NCBI RefSeq assembly: GCF_963921235.1
Contig: NC_086097.1
Coordinates: 113,524,001-113,588,000, forward strand
Reading direction: 5' to 3'
Source: Mobula hypostoma
Lineage: Eukaryota
DNA: 64,000 bases
Shown here piece after piece: positions 13,466 to 24,636 of this stretch (positions within the stretch are counted from its first letter, which is position 1; every line of letters starts with the position of its first letter). The notes beneath the pieces are model-generated. The model was not told the DNA's origin, did no database searches, and was given only the letters and a program-made list of their open reading frames with translations. The translations under genes were made by a program, and so were the position numbers.

Positions 13466-16110
13466 TTAGACATGGGAGCAAATTAGACCATTCAGCCCAT
13501 CGAGTCTGCCCCACAAGTCCGTCATGGCTAATTTATTATCCTGCTTAACTTCATTCTCCTGCCTTATTCCCGTAAGCAGATTCATCACTTTCTGGCTAAA
13601 TAAATTCCTCATCTCTATTCTAAAGAGATGCCCTATTCTGAGGCTGTACCCTCTGGTCCTAGACTCCCTCACTACAGGGAAAAGCCTCTCCACAATCACT
13701 CTGTGTAGGCCTTTCAATATTCAACAGGTTCCAATGAAATCTCCCTCTTTCCTCTAGTAAGTACAGGCCCAGAGCCATCAAATACTTCTTGTATGTTAAC
13801 CCTTTCCTTCCCAGGATCATTCTGGTGAGCCTCTTCTGGAATCTCTTCCATGCCAGCAAATCCTTTCTTAAATAAGGGGCCCAAAACTGGTCAAAATATT
13901 CAAAGTGGGGTCTGAACAATGCCTATGTAATGCCCTGGGAAAGGTTTCACTGTTAATGTAATGGTTGTTTTGTAGCAGCAATGTTTGGGTTATGGCTAGA
14001 GATAACAGGGGCTTTGGAATGTGCGCCATCCAATGAAGGGAGTGTTTTTGTCTTGTTGTGTGCCTGAGAGTGGGCTGTTCTAGGTCTTTTGTTCAGCAGA
14101 AGATGAAGAGAGAAGATGCCTGAAAGGAGTGGACTTGGACTGGGCCCAGAAGTCGATGAAACCCAGGGGAAATTGATGGAGGACTACCGGAAGGGAAACT
14201 GTGAACTCCAACGTGCACGTTAGACTGTTTTATTAAAATGGGCCCTTTCCTTTTTGTCTTTCTTTACTAACCCTCTAGTGAAATTAAGAATTATAAGGCT
14301 AAATTGTCTAATTGCATATGGTGTACTGTCTGTTATTTCATGGTACTGATTTGAAACAGGATATGACATCACGCAACATCCACACAAACAAGAGGTTTTG
14401 CACCTCAGATTTCACACACTTCGTGGAGCCAGAAACTGTCTTCCCTAGACTAACAATGCCGGTCACACCTATAAAGCCTCAGCATTACATTCCAGCTTTT
14501 ATATTCTAGTCCTCTTGAAATTAATGCAAACATTGCATTTGACTTTCTTACCACCGACTCAACCTACAAGTTAACCTTTAGGGAATCCTACATGAAGGCC
14601 CCAAGTCCCAATGCACCTCGAATTTTTGAGCATTCTGCCCATTTAGAAAATAGTCTACACCTTCTACCAAAATGCATGGCCATACTCTATTCCATCTGCT
14701 GCTCCTTTGCCCATTCTCCTAATTTGTCCAAGTCTTTCTACAGAATCCCTGCTTCCTCAATACCACCTGCCACTCCACCTATCTTTAGGTAATCTGCAAA
14801 CTTGGCCACAAAGCCATCAAATCTGTCATCCAAATCATTGACGTATAACGTGAAAAGAAACAGTCTCAATAATGATGCCTGTGGCACTCAACTAGTCACC
14901 AGCAGCCTCCCAGAAAAGGCCCCCTTTATTCCCACTCTTTGCCTTCTGCCAGTGCCAGTCAGTCAATCTACCCATGCTAGTATCTTTCTGTAATGCCGTG
15001 GGTGCTTATCTTGTTTCACTGTCCCCCATTGTCTCCCTCCAGTACCACTTTCCAGTTGTCCTATATCCCACTCTTTTACACTTCATACATTGGAAAAAAA
15101 CTTCTTGTATTCTCTTCTACATCACCGGCTAGCTTTCTATCATATTTCATCTTTTCTCTCCTTATTGCTATTTTAGTTACCTTCTGTTGGTTTTTAAAAA
15201 GCTTCCCAATCCTCTAACTTCTCGTTAATTCTTGCTATATTGTATGTCCTCACTTTTGCTTTCAATGCTGTCTTTGACTTCCCTTGTCAGTCATGGTTGC
15301 ATCAACCTCCCTTTAGATTACTTCATCTTTGAGATGCATCTTTCTTGTGTCTTCTGCATGGCCCCCAGAAACTCCAGCATTGCTGTTCTGTCATCACCCC
15401 TGTTAGTGACCTCTTCCAATCAACATTGGCTATCTCCTTTCATGCTCCTGTAGTTCACTTTACTTCACTGTAATACTGGTAGACCTGGTTTTCAGCTTCC
15501 CCCTCTCAAACTGCAGAGTGAATTCTGTCACATTATGATTACTGCCTCCTAATAGTTCCTTTACCTTAGGTTCCCTAATCAAAACTGGCTCATAACACAG
15601 CACTCAATCCAGAATAGCTGACCCCTTAGTCGAATTGCCCTTTCTCCAGTGGGCTCTACCACCAGCTGCTCTGAAAAGCCACCTTGCAGGCGTTCTACAA
15701 ATTCTTTCTCTTGGGATCCAGCACCAACCTGATTTTCCCAGTTTAACTGCATGACATTGTAGCATTGTCCTTTTAACATACCTTTTCTATCTCCCATTAT
15801 AATCTGTATTCCACATTTCAGCTACTGTTCAAAGGCCTAAATGTAACTCCTACAGGGTCTTTTCACCCTTGCAGTTTCTTAACTCTACCCAGAAGAATTT
15901 TACATTTTCCAATCCTATTTCAACACTTCCTAAGGATTTTTTTTTAACCAAAAGAGTCGCTCCAGCCTCTCTGCCTGCCTTTTCAATACAATGTGTATCC
16001 TTGGATGTTAAACTCCCAGCTATAATCTTCTTTCAGCTACGATTCAGTGATGCCCATAATGTCATACATGCCAATCTTTAACTGCACTACAAGATCCTCT
16101 ACCTTATTCT
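13466..16110 (-). mobile_element. Degenerate CR1 (EN to 3' end) interrupted by a solo LTR
   Basis: RT pieces in ORFs 13466..13717 and 13659..13919; EN pieces WENQVGAGSQEKEFVE in 15579..15797. Confidence 0.85.
13926..14467. mobile_element. Solo LTR (542 bp)
   Basis: TGTAAT...GTCACA termini; 4 bp TSD CCTA at 13922-13925 and 14468-14471. Removing it restores the CR1 sequence aatgccta-taaagcctc. Confidence 0.8.
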
Positions 16111-16275
16111 ACATTTCTGCATCAAACAACTAACCAATCCTTTTAATATTGGAAGGTTAGGATCTGATCCCCAAACCCGAATGCTTACAATAATGTTGAG
16201 GAGAATTGAATTTCACTGCATTTATTAACTTCAGATGCAATTATTAAATTACACAGCAAATCAGCTGCCCCTTAC

Positions 16276-16686
16276 CTTCCATCTGGGACACGCTGAATGC
16301 CTTCAGACTGAACTCTTGGTCCAACAGAGTTGCTGCCCTCATTACTTCCTTTCTCTGGCAAGTCAGCAGACATTGCCTGGCTCAATAAACTGATAGAAGC
16401 TCGTTCCCCAGTAGAGACGTTCAAGGTGGATGGCATTTCAGGCAGGAGAGCATCATGTTCATTGATTTCAAGAAAAGGTTTAGCTTCTGAAAGTGTCCCT
16501 GGGCTGGCGGCAGGCAGGGACGTCCCATGACTTGCCACACCTGTGGTGCATGTCCCCATGGATTTAGAGATGACCCTGAGTTTATGCAAACCCGACTTGT
16601 GCTTCTTTTTGTGCTGGACTTTGGAATTGTGCTTTAGGAAAAATTCACAGGACTCCTGCAGCACTCTGCGGCTTTCTGTTATTGGG
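16276..16686 (-). CDS. FZD6: Frizzled-6 exon: cytoplasmic tail (411 bp)
   Basis: (D)[45 protein letters not shown] is diagnostic of the FZD6 tail. Acceptor tttcgccctag|C CCA, donor GGA AG|gtaag. Confidence 0.95.
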
Positions 16687-17529
16687 CTAGGGCGAAAGAA
16701 AGACGAGAAGATTCAGAAAATAATCATCAGTCATCGAAATGGACAATGCTTCAACAAAATTAATTCTTTGAGATTTGATGTGTGGTGATTATGCTGTTGT
16801 ATTCATATTCCCGAAAAATCAAAATCCAAACCTCACACATCATAAACACAAAGTATTTTGTGGATGCTGGGAATCCAGAGCAACACACACAAAATGCCGG
16901 AGGAACTCAGCAGGTTTTGGATCGAGACTCTTCATCGGGATTGAAAAGGAAGGGGGAAGAAACCAGAATAAGAAGCTGGGGAGGGGAAGGAGTACAAGCT
17001 GACAGGTGGCATTTGAAACTAGTTGAGGGGAAAGGTGAGTCAGTGTTGAAAGAAGCTGGGCGGTGATAAGTGGAAGAGGCAAGGATCTGAAGAAGAAAGA
17101 ATCTGATAGGACGGAGCAGCAAACCATGGGAGAAAGGAAGGAATAGGGGTACCTGAGGAAGGTGATGGACAGATGAGAAGGGATAAGAGGGGAGTCAAAA
17201 TGGGGAACGGAAAAAAAATGACAAAATGAATTTAATATATCTGTCTGTCTTCACAGAGACAATGACAAAGAAATGTGGCCAAGAGGCAGAATGAAAAGAT
17301 GTAATTTAACTCTTTAATTGTTACAAAATTAAGTTCATAAACCTAAATATTGCAAAAGCACTGGAGATTTGAAATTGAAAAGCAATCTGGAGGTTTCATC
17401 CTCAATAGCTCCAGTGGGTGAACACATTACATGGGAGCGTGAATTGACCCTCTTTCAATGCTACTGTATAAGGCCATCACCATATTTCCACAAAGAAATC
17501 ATCCCAGCCCCCACAAGCAGCATGTCTAT

Positions 17530-17790
17530 GCTGCAGGAGCATAGCGCCAGCTGTAGGATTGGGGTTCAATTTGTGCTGCTGTCCGTAAGGAGTTTATATG
17601 TTCTCCCTGTGACCCTGTGGGTTTCCTCCAGGTGCTCCGGTTTCCTTGACTTTCCAATGGGTTAGGGTTAGTAAGCTGTGGGCATTTTACATAAGCATGG
17701 CAGCACTTGCCGGCTGCCCAGCACATCCTCGATGCAATCCACGCATTTCACTGTATGTTTCGACGAATAAGTGAAAATAAAGCTAATCTA
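17530..17790 (+). mobile_element. V-SINE-like tRNA-derived SINE
   Basis: B-box-like GGTTCAATT followed by the V-domain-like GGAGTTTATATGTTCTCCCTGTGACC..GTGGGTTTCCTCCAGGTGCTCCGGTTTCC. A related copy lies on the minus strand near 25850-26070. Confidence 0.75.
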
Positions 17791-17854
17791 TTATGCCACT
17801 ACCCTCCACACATATTGTAAGCACAGTTACCAAAAGATAAACGAGTGGTCTTAC

Positions 17855-18003
17855 TCTCGCTTGCGAGCGCTCTGAAAGAAATTGGCCCATTCAGAACAGG
17901 TCTTCCTACTGCCAACCCAGAAAACTGCTGGTATACCGACAATTAGAGTCATCAGGTATTTCATCATAAAAAGAGACAAGTCAGGTCTGGTGAGAGTTTC
18001 TAC
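17855..18003 (-). CDS. FZD6: Frizzled-6 exon: TM7 and KTxxxW Dishevelled-binding motif (149 bp)
   Basis: [49 protein letters not shown]; acceptor ttttattcag|GTA, donor CGA GA|gtaag. Confidence 0.96.
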
Positions 18004-18199
18004 CTGAATAAAAGCAGACAAAAAAAAAAGATGAAAATACACCACAGAAAACTGAGTAAGCATTCACAGTTTAAGTTTAATAAAATTTTATGCCACCACA
18101 GCATACATTACTATTAGAAAACAAAATTGGCTGGGTTTTAACCAGGGTGGAAGACTACAGTTCATTAGTGAGAAGAATCAACTTGAGCAATGCTATCAT

Positions 18200-18415
18200 A
18201 AACACAAGAGATTCTGCAGATGCTGGAATTCCAGAGCAACACACTCAAAATGCTGGAGGAACTCAGGGCAGGCAGCATCTCTAGAGACAAATAAACCGTC
18301 AAAGTCTTGGGCCAGGGATCTTCATCAGGACACTGATGAAGGGTCTCGGCCCAAAACTTCGACTATTCACCTCCATAGATGCTGCCTTACCTGCTGAGTT
18401 TTTCCAGCATTCTGT
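18200..18415. mobile_element. Fold-back PLE-terminal-repeat mini-element with head-to-head hammerhead motifs
   Basis: Arms aaaatgctggaggaactcag..gcagcatct / agatgctgcc..ctgagtttttccagcatt; centre cttcatcag-gaca-ctgatgaag. Confidence 0.7.
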
Positions 18416-18854
18416 CAGTATTGCAATGTTATCATGACACAGTAGGCTTCCTATATCACCTGCAGATAAGCACAGCTAAAATTCCTGCCAAGGTTCTGCC
18501 CATCTCATGCCCTAACTTTGACAGAAGTCCCAGAGAAATGACATAACCAGCTGATGGAGTCCTGTCCCAATGACAGTACTTTATCATTTTCAACTGCTGT
18601 TGCCACTATCCATGACAATGTGATTGATGAATGCTCCACTTCTCCTCCTGGATATCTCAGTGTTTGTGACAAGAGCCAAACAAAAATTTTGCCAAAATGT
18701 TAAACATCTGAATGCAGGAACTGCGAAAACTATAACTCACCCAGTTACAGTTATGAAGTGTCACTCATAGGAGTGAGCTCGTGCACTCTTAGTTTTTTTC
18801 CTCCCCCCTCCCCTTCCTGATACAATCAACTCAAGCAGGTGTAATGATCTAGTG

Positions 18855-18922
18855 CAGAAGTTCCCAAACTTGGACCAATACCATTAAGTGGGGGGCCATG
18901 GAGCCCAGGTTGGTAATCCCTT
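18855..18922. mobile_element. Degenerate hAT mini-MITE
   Basis: CAGAAGTTCCCAAAC ... GTTGGTAATCCCTT; TSD ATCTAGTG / ATCTAGCG. Confidence 0.6.
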
Positions 18923-19720
18923 ATCTAGCGGATATTTTACAGTGTGCTGGATAAGGACCAGTAGAACTGAATACAGCGTACAAATGCAAAATTGTCTTAC
19001 AGCCATCCTGCATGCTGAGTTCTGTATCCATTTTTTTTAAATGGGTTATTTGAGTGTCTTGGCCCAGTAGTTCTAATTGTGTGCTGGCTTTTCCAAAGCT
19101 GGTGTTCAAAGGCATCCAAGCATCTACGTCCAGGAGGAGACCTCAGTTAGTTCACTACATGGCAGGCCTCTACACGGAGTCCCACAGTGGACTCCTGTCT
19201 ACTGAGATTCCCCAGCATTATTCTTGGGAATCCAGTAAGACCTGATGTAGAATGGGAGTCCCCATATTCTGAGCTGGGAAATTTGGAGAGAAGTTTATAT
19301 ATACACTTGTTTTATTACTGATTTCTAAGAGTTTTTAAATTATATTTTAGGTTTTTAAAAATAATGTTAAAATTGTTTGCAGTGACTTTATTATTTTTGA
19401 TCTTCTGAATAAAAAAGACATTTAAAAACTGATGTAGCCTCACAGGCAAACCTCCCATCCCTAGCTTCTTATCAAAGGCCAACGGCTTGCCAAATAATTG
19501 CATCTCAGCTTGCTTGCACCTCACCAGGTAAGTGTGGGTTGTTACAAGCTGGTTACAACCTAAGTAACACAGAAAAAATGTCTTCCAGTAAGATGGTGGT
19601 GTGCTCAGGTGCAGTGGCCTCTCTGGGTCCAAACAAAGTGGCAATTGTTCGTACTTTGTCTTTTTTATGATTGCGAGACATTGCTGGATATTAAGAACAT
19701 CAAGTATGGCAAGTCTACAC

Positions 19721-19938
19721 CAGTGGTCCCCAACCTCTGGGCCGCGGACCGATACATTGCCGCGAAGAATGCAGTGGTGCAGTGGTAGTCGGAACACACC
19801 CAGCACATCGGGCGGCACCTAATTAATTAGCTCGTTTATTTCGGCCTTTTTCTTAAAGATGTGCTGGGTGCTTTCTGACAACCACTGCATTCTTCATGGC
19901 AATGTATCGGTCCGCGGCCCGGAGGTTGGGGACCACTG
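19721..19938. mobile_element. hAT (Charlie/Buster-type) MITE
   Basis: Long TIRs CAGTGGTCCCCAACCTC.GGGCCGCGGACCGATACATTGCC; perfect 8 bp TSD GTCTACAC. Confidence 0.93.
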
Positions 19939-20967
19939 GTCTACACCATCAGCGACTTGCTTGATAGCAATGGAACTGGACATGTTGGGCACCATGTTCA
20001 AGCCTGCTTCAGCCATCCAGGCAGTGCACGACTCAATAAATGGTGGAAATGATTGGCTTGGGAGTTGTGGAGGATTTTGGCCAACTAGGGCTGGGCAAAT
20101 ACCTTTGTGAGACTACAGAATTATCTGTATTGCTTAAGGCCTGAACCAGCAGAAAATTGTGGAGCCGCCCTCTGCTCTATTGCTACAGACAGAACATTAC
20201 ATGGTGATGCCTTGTAGCTTCTGCTGTAGACATAAGACTACGTAGTGCTGCTCTCTAGCTTGCAGCTGTACAACCTGAGGCTACGTGATGTAGGCGTTTT
20301 CCCTCTAGCTTGCTTAGGACAATACCAAATATGGAAATGTTGAACAAACCATACTCGGTAGAATCAACCATAAAGAGGGTGCGTGTACTGATCATAAGTG
20401 GAGTCGTTGCTCTCAGTGTCATATAAATAAAGAGTCTCCTAATGAGTCTTGTGTGGAAAAGGAAATACCCTAACAGACGTGTTTATTGGGATCGCAAGAC
20501 CCTGTTGGACACTGGCAATGTAGAATGCTGCAAGTCTGATTCGTTAGTTAATCAGCGAGACCAATGGCAGGGGTACTGTGTTGCATGGACAGGGCCCTTA
20601 GGCCTCGGGATCGCCTGTTCTGATCGTCATTGAAGGAGACAGTGGAGCTAGCTGTTTGCTGCTGGATTCTGCGCTGAGTTGGAGGCTGGCCCTTCCCATT
20701 GCTGCTGCCCTCCAGTGTTCGCTAGCAGGAAGACAAGCTGTACTACCTTAATCTGCAGCTGCACTTGCAAGAAATGAGTAACCGCTGTGGCAGAAACATG
20801 ACTCCAAGACAACATCTGTGTACCATCAATCTACACTCACGTCTTGGGCCATACTATTATCTTTTTTCTAACAGTATGTTTTTCTGTTATCATAGTTATA
20901 TGTGTTGTGTGTTACTGTGTTTTGCACCTTGACCCCAGGGGAATGCTGTTTTGTCAGCAGTATTCAT

Positions 20968-21230
20968 GGGTTTGGGCTGAGACCCTTCTTCTGGACTGAA
21001 GAAAGTAAGGAAAGTTGCTCCTCCAACCTGAGGGTGGCTTCATCATGGCAGCAGAAGGGGCCATGGACCAACATGTCAGAATGGTCATGCAGAGTGAAAT
21101 TGGAATAGTTGGCCACTGGGAAATCCTTCCTGCTGTGGATGGAGTGAAGGTGCTTGACAGAACGGTCCTCCAATCTACATCAGGTCCCACTGATGTAGAG
21201 GAGGTTCGCAGCGGGATAGAGGCTCCAACA
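20968..21230 (-). mobile_element. Penelope-like GIY-YIG endonuclease and terminal-repeat fragment
   Basis: KHLHSIHSRKDFPVANYSN..HSDMLVHG..DEATLRLEEQ, followed by a degenerate terminal repeat. Confidence 0.7.
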
Positions 21231-21949
21231 TGATTTGTTCAATGTCAACCTGTCAGCAACCCTTGCAGCTCTTTCACTTCCTGACTCCAGCCTGGTGCTA
21301 ATCATTTCTCCTTCTGCCCTGTTGTCTCCCCTTCCTTCCCCAAGAACTCTGAGGCTATTTTTAACACACCTTATGTCCCAACTCTGACTCATTAACTCAG
21401 ATAGACCATGCTGAAGTTAAGAATTTTCTGATGTTATTGGATTAGTACATCACATGGGGCCTCTGTCTTAACATCCTGACAAAGTCTATACCTTCATGTT
21501 TTGGATTGACAAAGCTTAAAAGGGGAAGATAATTTTTGAATTTGTACAACAATTAAAATACCAATGGTATAATTAAAAGGCTTGCAAATGCTAAATGTGC
21601 ATCGCCGCTTCAAAAGCAGATAAACGTGGAATTTTTTGTAATTAAACAGGATCAACTTGTAGACTACAGCTTGTTGCAATTACTTTAACATAATATTCAT
21701 CACATGATATTCTCTCTTTAGTTCAAAGTTGAAAGTAAATTTAATATCAAAGTATATAAATGTCACTTTCTTGAGATTCATTTTCTTGCGGATGTTCACA
21801 GGAAAATAAAGAAAAAATGAATTTAATGAACTACGCTGAATATAATTTATCTTTTTTGTATACATCTATATTGTACAATTATACAAAGTTGTAAGCTAGA
21901 GATGTCTTTAGCAACAGTTTTTAAACAGTTGAAGACATAGTAAAAGAAC

Positions 21950-22745
21950 ACCCACAGAATGCTGGAGGAATTCAGCAGGTCAGACAGCATCTATGGAAAA
22001 GTGTAAACAGTTGACATTTCAGGCTGAGATCCTTAATCGGCACTGAGAAGGAAGGAGGAAAAATGCCAGAATAAGAAGGTATTTCTGGTGCTCCCAATGT
22101 GGCCTCCTCTACATAGGTGAAGTCCGTCATAAATTCAGGGACTGTTTCGTTGAGCATCTCTGCACCATCCACCACAAGTAGGACTTCCCAGTGCCCATAC
22201 ATTTCAATTCCAATTCCCTTTTCCACCCTTGTTCTGATGTGCTGATCCATGGCCTCCTCTTGTGCCAAGATGAAGCTACCCTCAGAGAAGCAATACCTTG
22301 TATTCTCTCAGGGTACCCTCCAATCTGATGGCATGAATATCAATTTCTCCTTCCAGTAAACAAATTCCACCAACAACACCCACCCCCCAACCTCCACTTC
22401 CCGATTCTCCACTCTGACCTTTTACATCTTATCACCTGCCTATCACTCCCCTCTTGGTCCTCTCCTCCTTCCCTTCCGTCTATTGACCACTCTCCTTTCC
22501 AATCAGATTCTTTCTTTCTTCAGCCTTGACCTTTCCCACCTACATGGTTTCACCTAGCCTCTTTCCCCTCCCCCCACGTTTATATTCTGGCATCTTCCCC
22601 CTTTCTCCCCAGTCCTGAAGAAGGGTCTTGGCCTGAAATGTCAACTGTTTACTCTCTTCCACAAGTGCTGCCTGACCAGCTGAGTTCTTCCAGCATCTTG
22701 TATGTGTTTCTTTGGGTTTCCATCTTCTGCAGACATTCTTGTCTA
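21950..22745 (+). mobile_element. 5'-truncated Penelope-like element: inverted partial terminal repeat + GIY-YIG C-terminus + terminal repeat
   Basis: 22087-22355 translates to WCSQCGLLYIGEVRHKFRDCFVEHL..PVPIHFN..DEATLR..GTLQSDGMNINFS. 21950-22080 is the reverse complement of part of 22575-22710. Confidence 0.85.
22610..22647 (+). ncRNA. Minimal type I hammerhead ribozyme motif in a PLE terminal repeat
   Basis: CAGTC-CTGAAGA-AGGGTCTTGGCCT-GAAA-TG-TC-AACTG: CUGANGA and GAAA boxes intact, stem II AGG/CCT, stem I CAGT/ACTG, UH = UC. Activity untested. Confidence 0.6.
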
Positions 22746-23154
22746 AAAGAGTAAAAGAAAAAGAAAGTAAAAGAAAAATACTTTATTATCTAAAACGCTA
22801 TAGGGGTTTAATGAAGTCTTGATGAGATTGCATTCAGGAGATCAGGAGCTAATTAAAGATGACAAATGACAATGATTGCAGCCATTCTTAGTCTATTTTA
22901 TATCACACAGTCGCTGGGAGCAAACAAAGTTCAAAGCTCTCTGCAGTATTAACCTAACAGATCTCCTGAATCTGACTGTAAAGTATTTCTCATCAATGAT
23001 TTGACAAGAGCTTATTTGCACAAAAAAAATTAATGAGAGTTAATCATAGGATGTTTTTGATCCAAAATAGCTGCATAGTTCAGCATGCGGAACACTTTAT
23101 AAAGAACACTAGAATATAGTGGTGCTGAGTCTAACCTCATCTGTATTCTTTATA

Positions 23155-23343
23155 AACACAAGAGTTCCTGCAAATACTGGAAATCCAGAGTATACACAAA
23201 ATGCAGAAGGAACTCAGAAGGTCAGGCAGCCTCCATGGAGAGGACCAAGACCCTTCATCAAGTCTCACCCCGAAATGTTGACGGTTTATTCCTCTTGGTG
23301 GATACTGCCTGACCTGCTGAGTTCCTCCAGAATTTTGTGTGTT
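23155..23343. mobile_element. Fold-back PLE-terminal-repeat mini-element
   Basis: acacaaaatgcagaaggaactcagaaggtcaggcagc ... gatactgcctgacctgctgagttcctccagaattttgtgtg; the centre joins two half hammerhead motifs in opposite orientation. Confidence 0.7.
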
Positions 23344-23618
23344 ACCATGTTCCCTATCCTTCTCCTGCTTATTTATTCAAAAATAAAAAAACAGTAAAAT
23401 GCTTATGGTTCTGTTTAAATAACTACTCACAAAATATCACAACTATGACTATTCTATTGATTACTTTCTACTACATTACCACCTTAAAACACCTAACTCA
23501 GTAGTGGAAACCCCAATTCTCTCTGCTTGTGGTGAACAGTATATAATTTTTGAGCAGTAATTGTTCACAGTGACATATAATGAGTTTTTAAGACGTTGAC
23601 AAAGGTTTTTGAAAGTAC

Positions 23619-24636
23619 CTGATTGGGACACGGAATGGGATAATCTTGACAGTAATCATGAACCCACGTAGTTTCCCAAGTCGTCCGAAGAGCTTGCTCA
23701 TAAATATAACATCCCAGGAGTGCTACCAATGGCACCAAGTATAGGCCGCTGAAAACTCCAATTCGAATCATAAACTTCTTTAGTTTCTCCTGATTTCTTT
23801 CGTCATGTTGAATTACCTGTCGTACGTGATTCAAGGAAATAATTCCTGCCAAAAGGAGGGACAATCCCACCACCACACAGAGGCACAATGGTGTCAGGAT
23901 AAAATAACGCAAAGCATTCAAGTCATACAGTCCAACAAAGCATACACCACTAATATTGTCACCTTCAACTTTGTTTAAGGCAAGCAGCATTATTGTGAAT
24001 ATCCCAGGCATTCCCCAGGCAAAAGAATGGTACCACAATGCCTTCTGTTCAATAGCTTCACAACTCCACTTCAAACCTGCTGCTAGGAACCAGGTGATGG
24101 TCAGAATTACCCACCAAACAGTTCCTGACATGGTAAAGAAATATAAGAGCATAAAAAGGATTGTGCATCCTTTGTTCTGTGCACCTATGACAACTGTTTC
24201 CATGGTACCCAATTTCTCATTTGCTTTGTTGCAAACTATGTTATTACCAGCAATGAAACCAACAAAGTATATCAGAGATACCATGCTATAACATACTGCA
24301 TAAAAAATAATAGGTCGCTCAGGGTAACGGAATCTTCGAACGTCGATGAGAAAAGTCAAGAATGTGAAGAGAGTTGAACACAGACAAATGATGGAAACAA
24401 TTCCAATGAAATACTTGGCAAAGTTCAATTCATTTTCTCTGAAGTACATGTTGGGACATGGTGGCAAACAGTCACCCACACCAAGAAATGAACTACCATG
24501 CCCAGTTGGGTTCTTGAGGGGTCGTGGACACCAAAATCCATAATCTTTCACTACCATCTGTGAAGTCTTCTCTGTGACCGATCTTGGAGTTGAAGCTATA
24601 GCTGAAGTGTGCTGGCCACCATTGCAATCTTCTAAC
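23619..24636 (-). CDS. FZD6: Frizzled-6 large exon encoding the linker and most of the 7TM region (1018 bp)
   Basis: ORF 23565..24557 contains [51 protein letters not shown] and [33 protein letters not shown] (FZD3/6 type, FZD6-like). Acceptor tttcaag|G TTA GAA; donor AAT CAG|gtactt. In phase with both neighbours. Confidence 0.97.
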
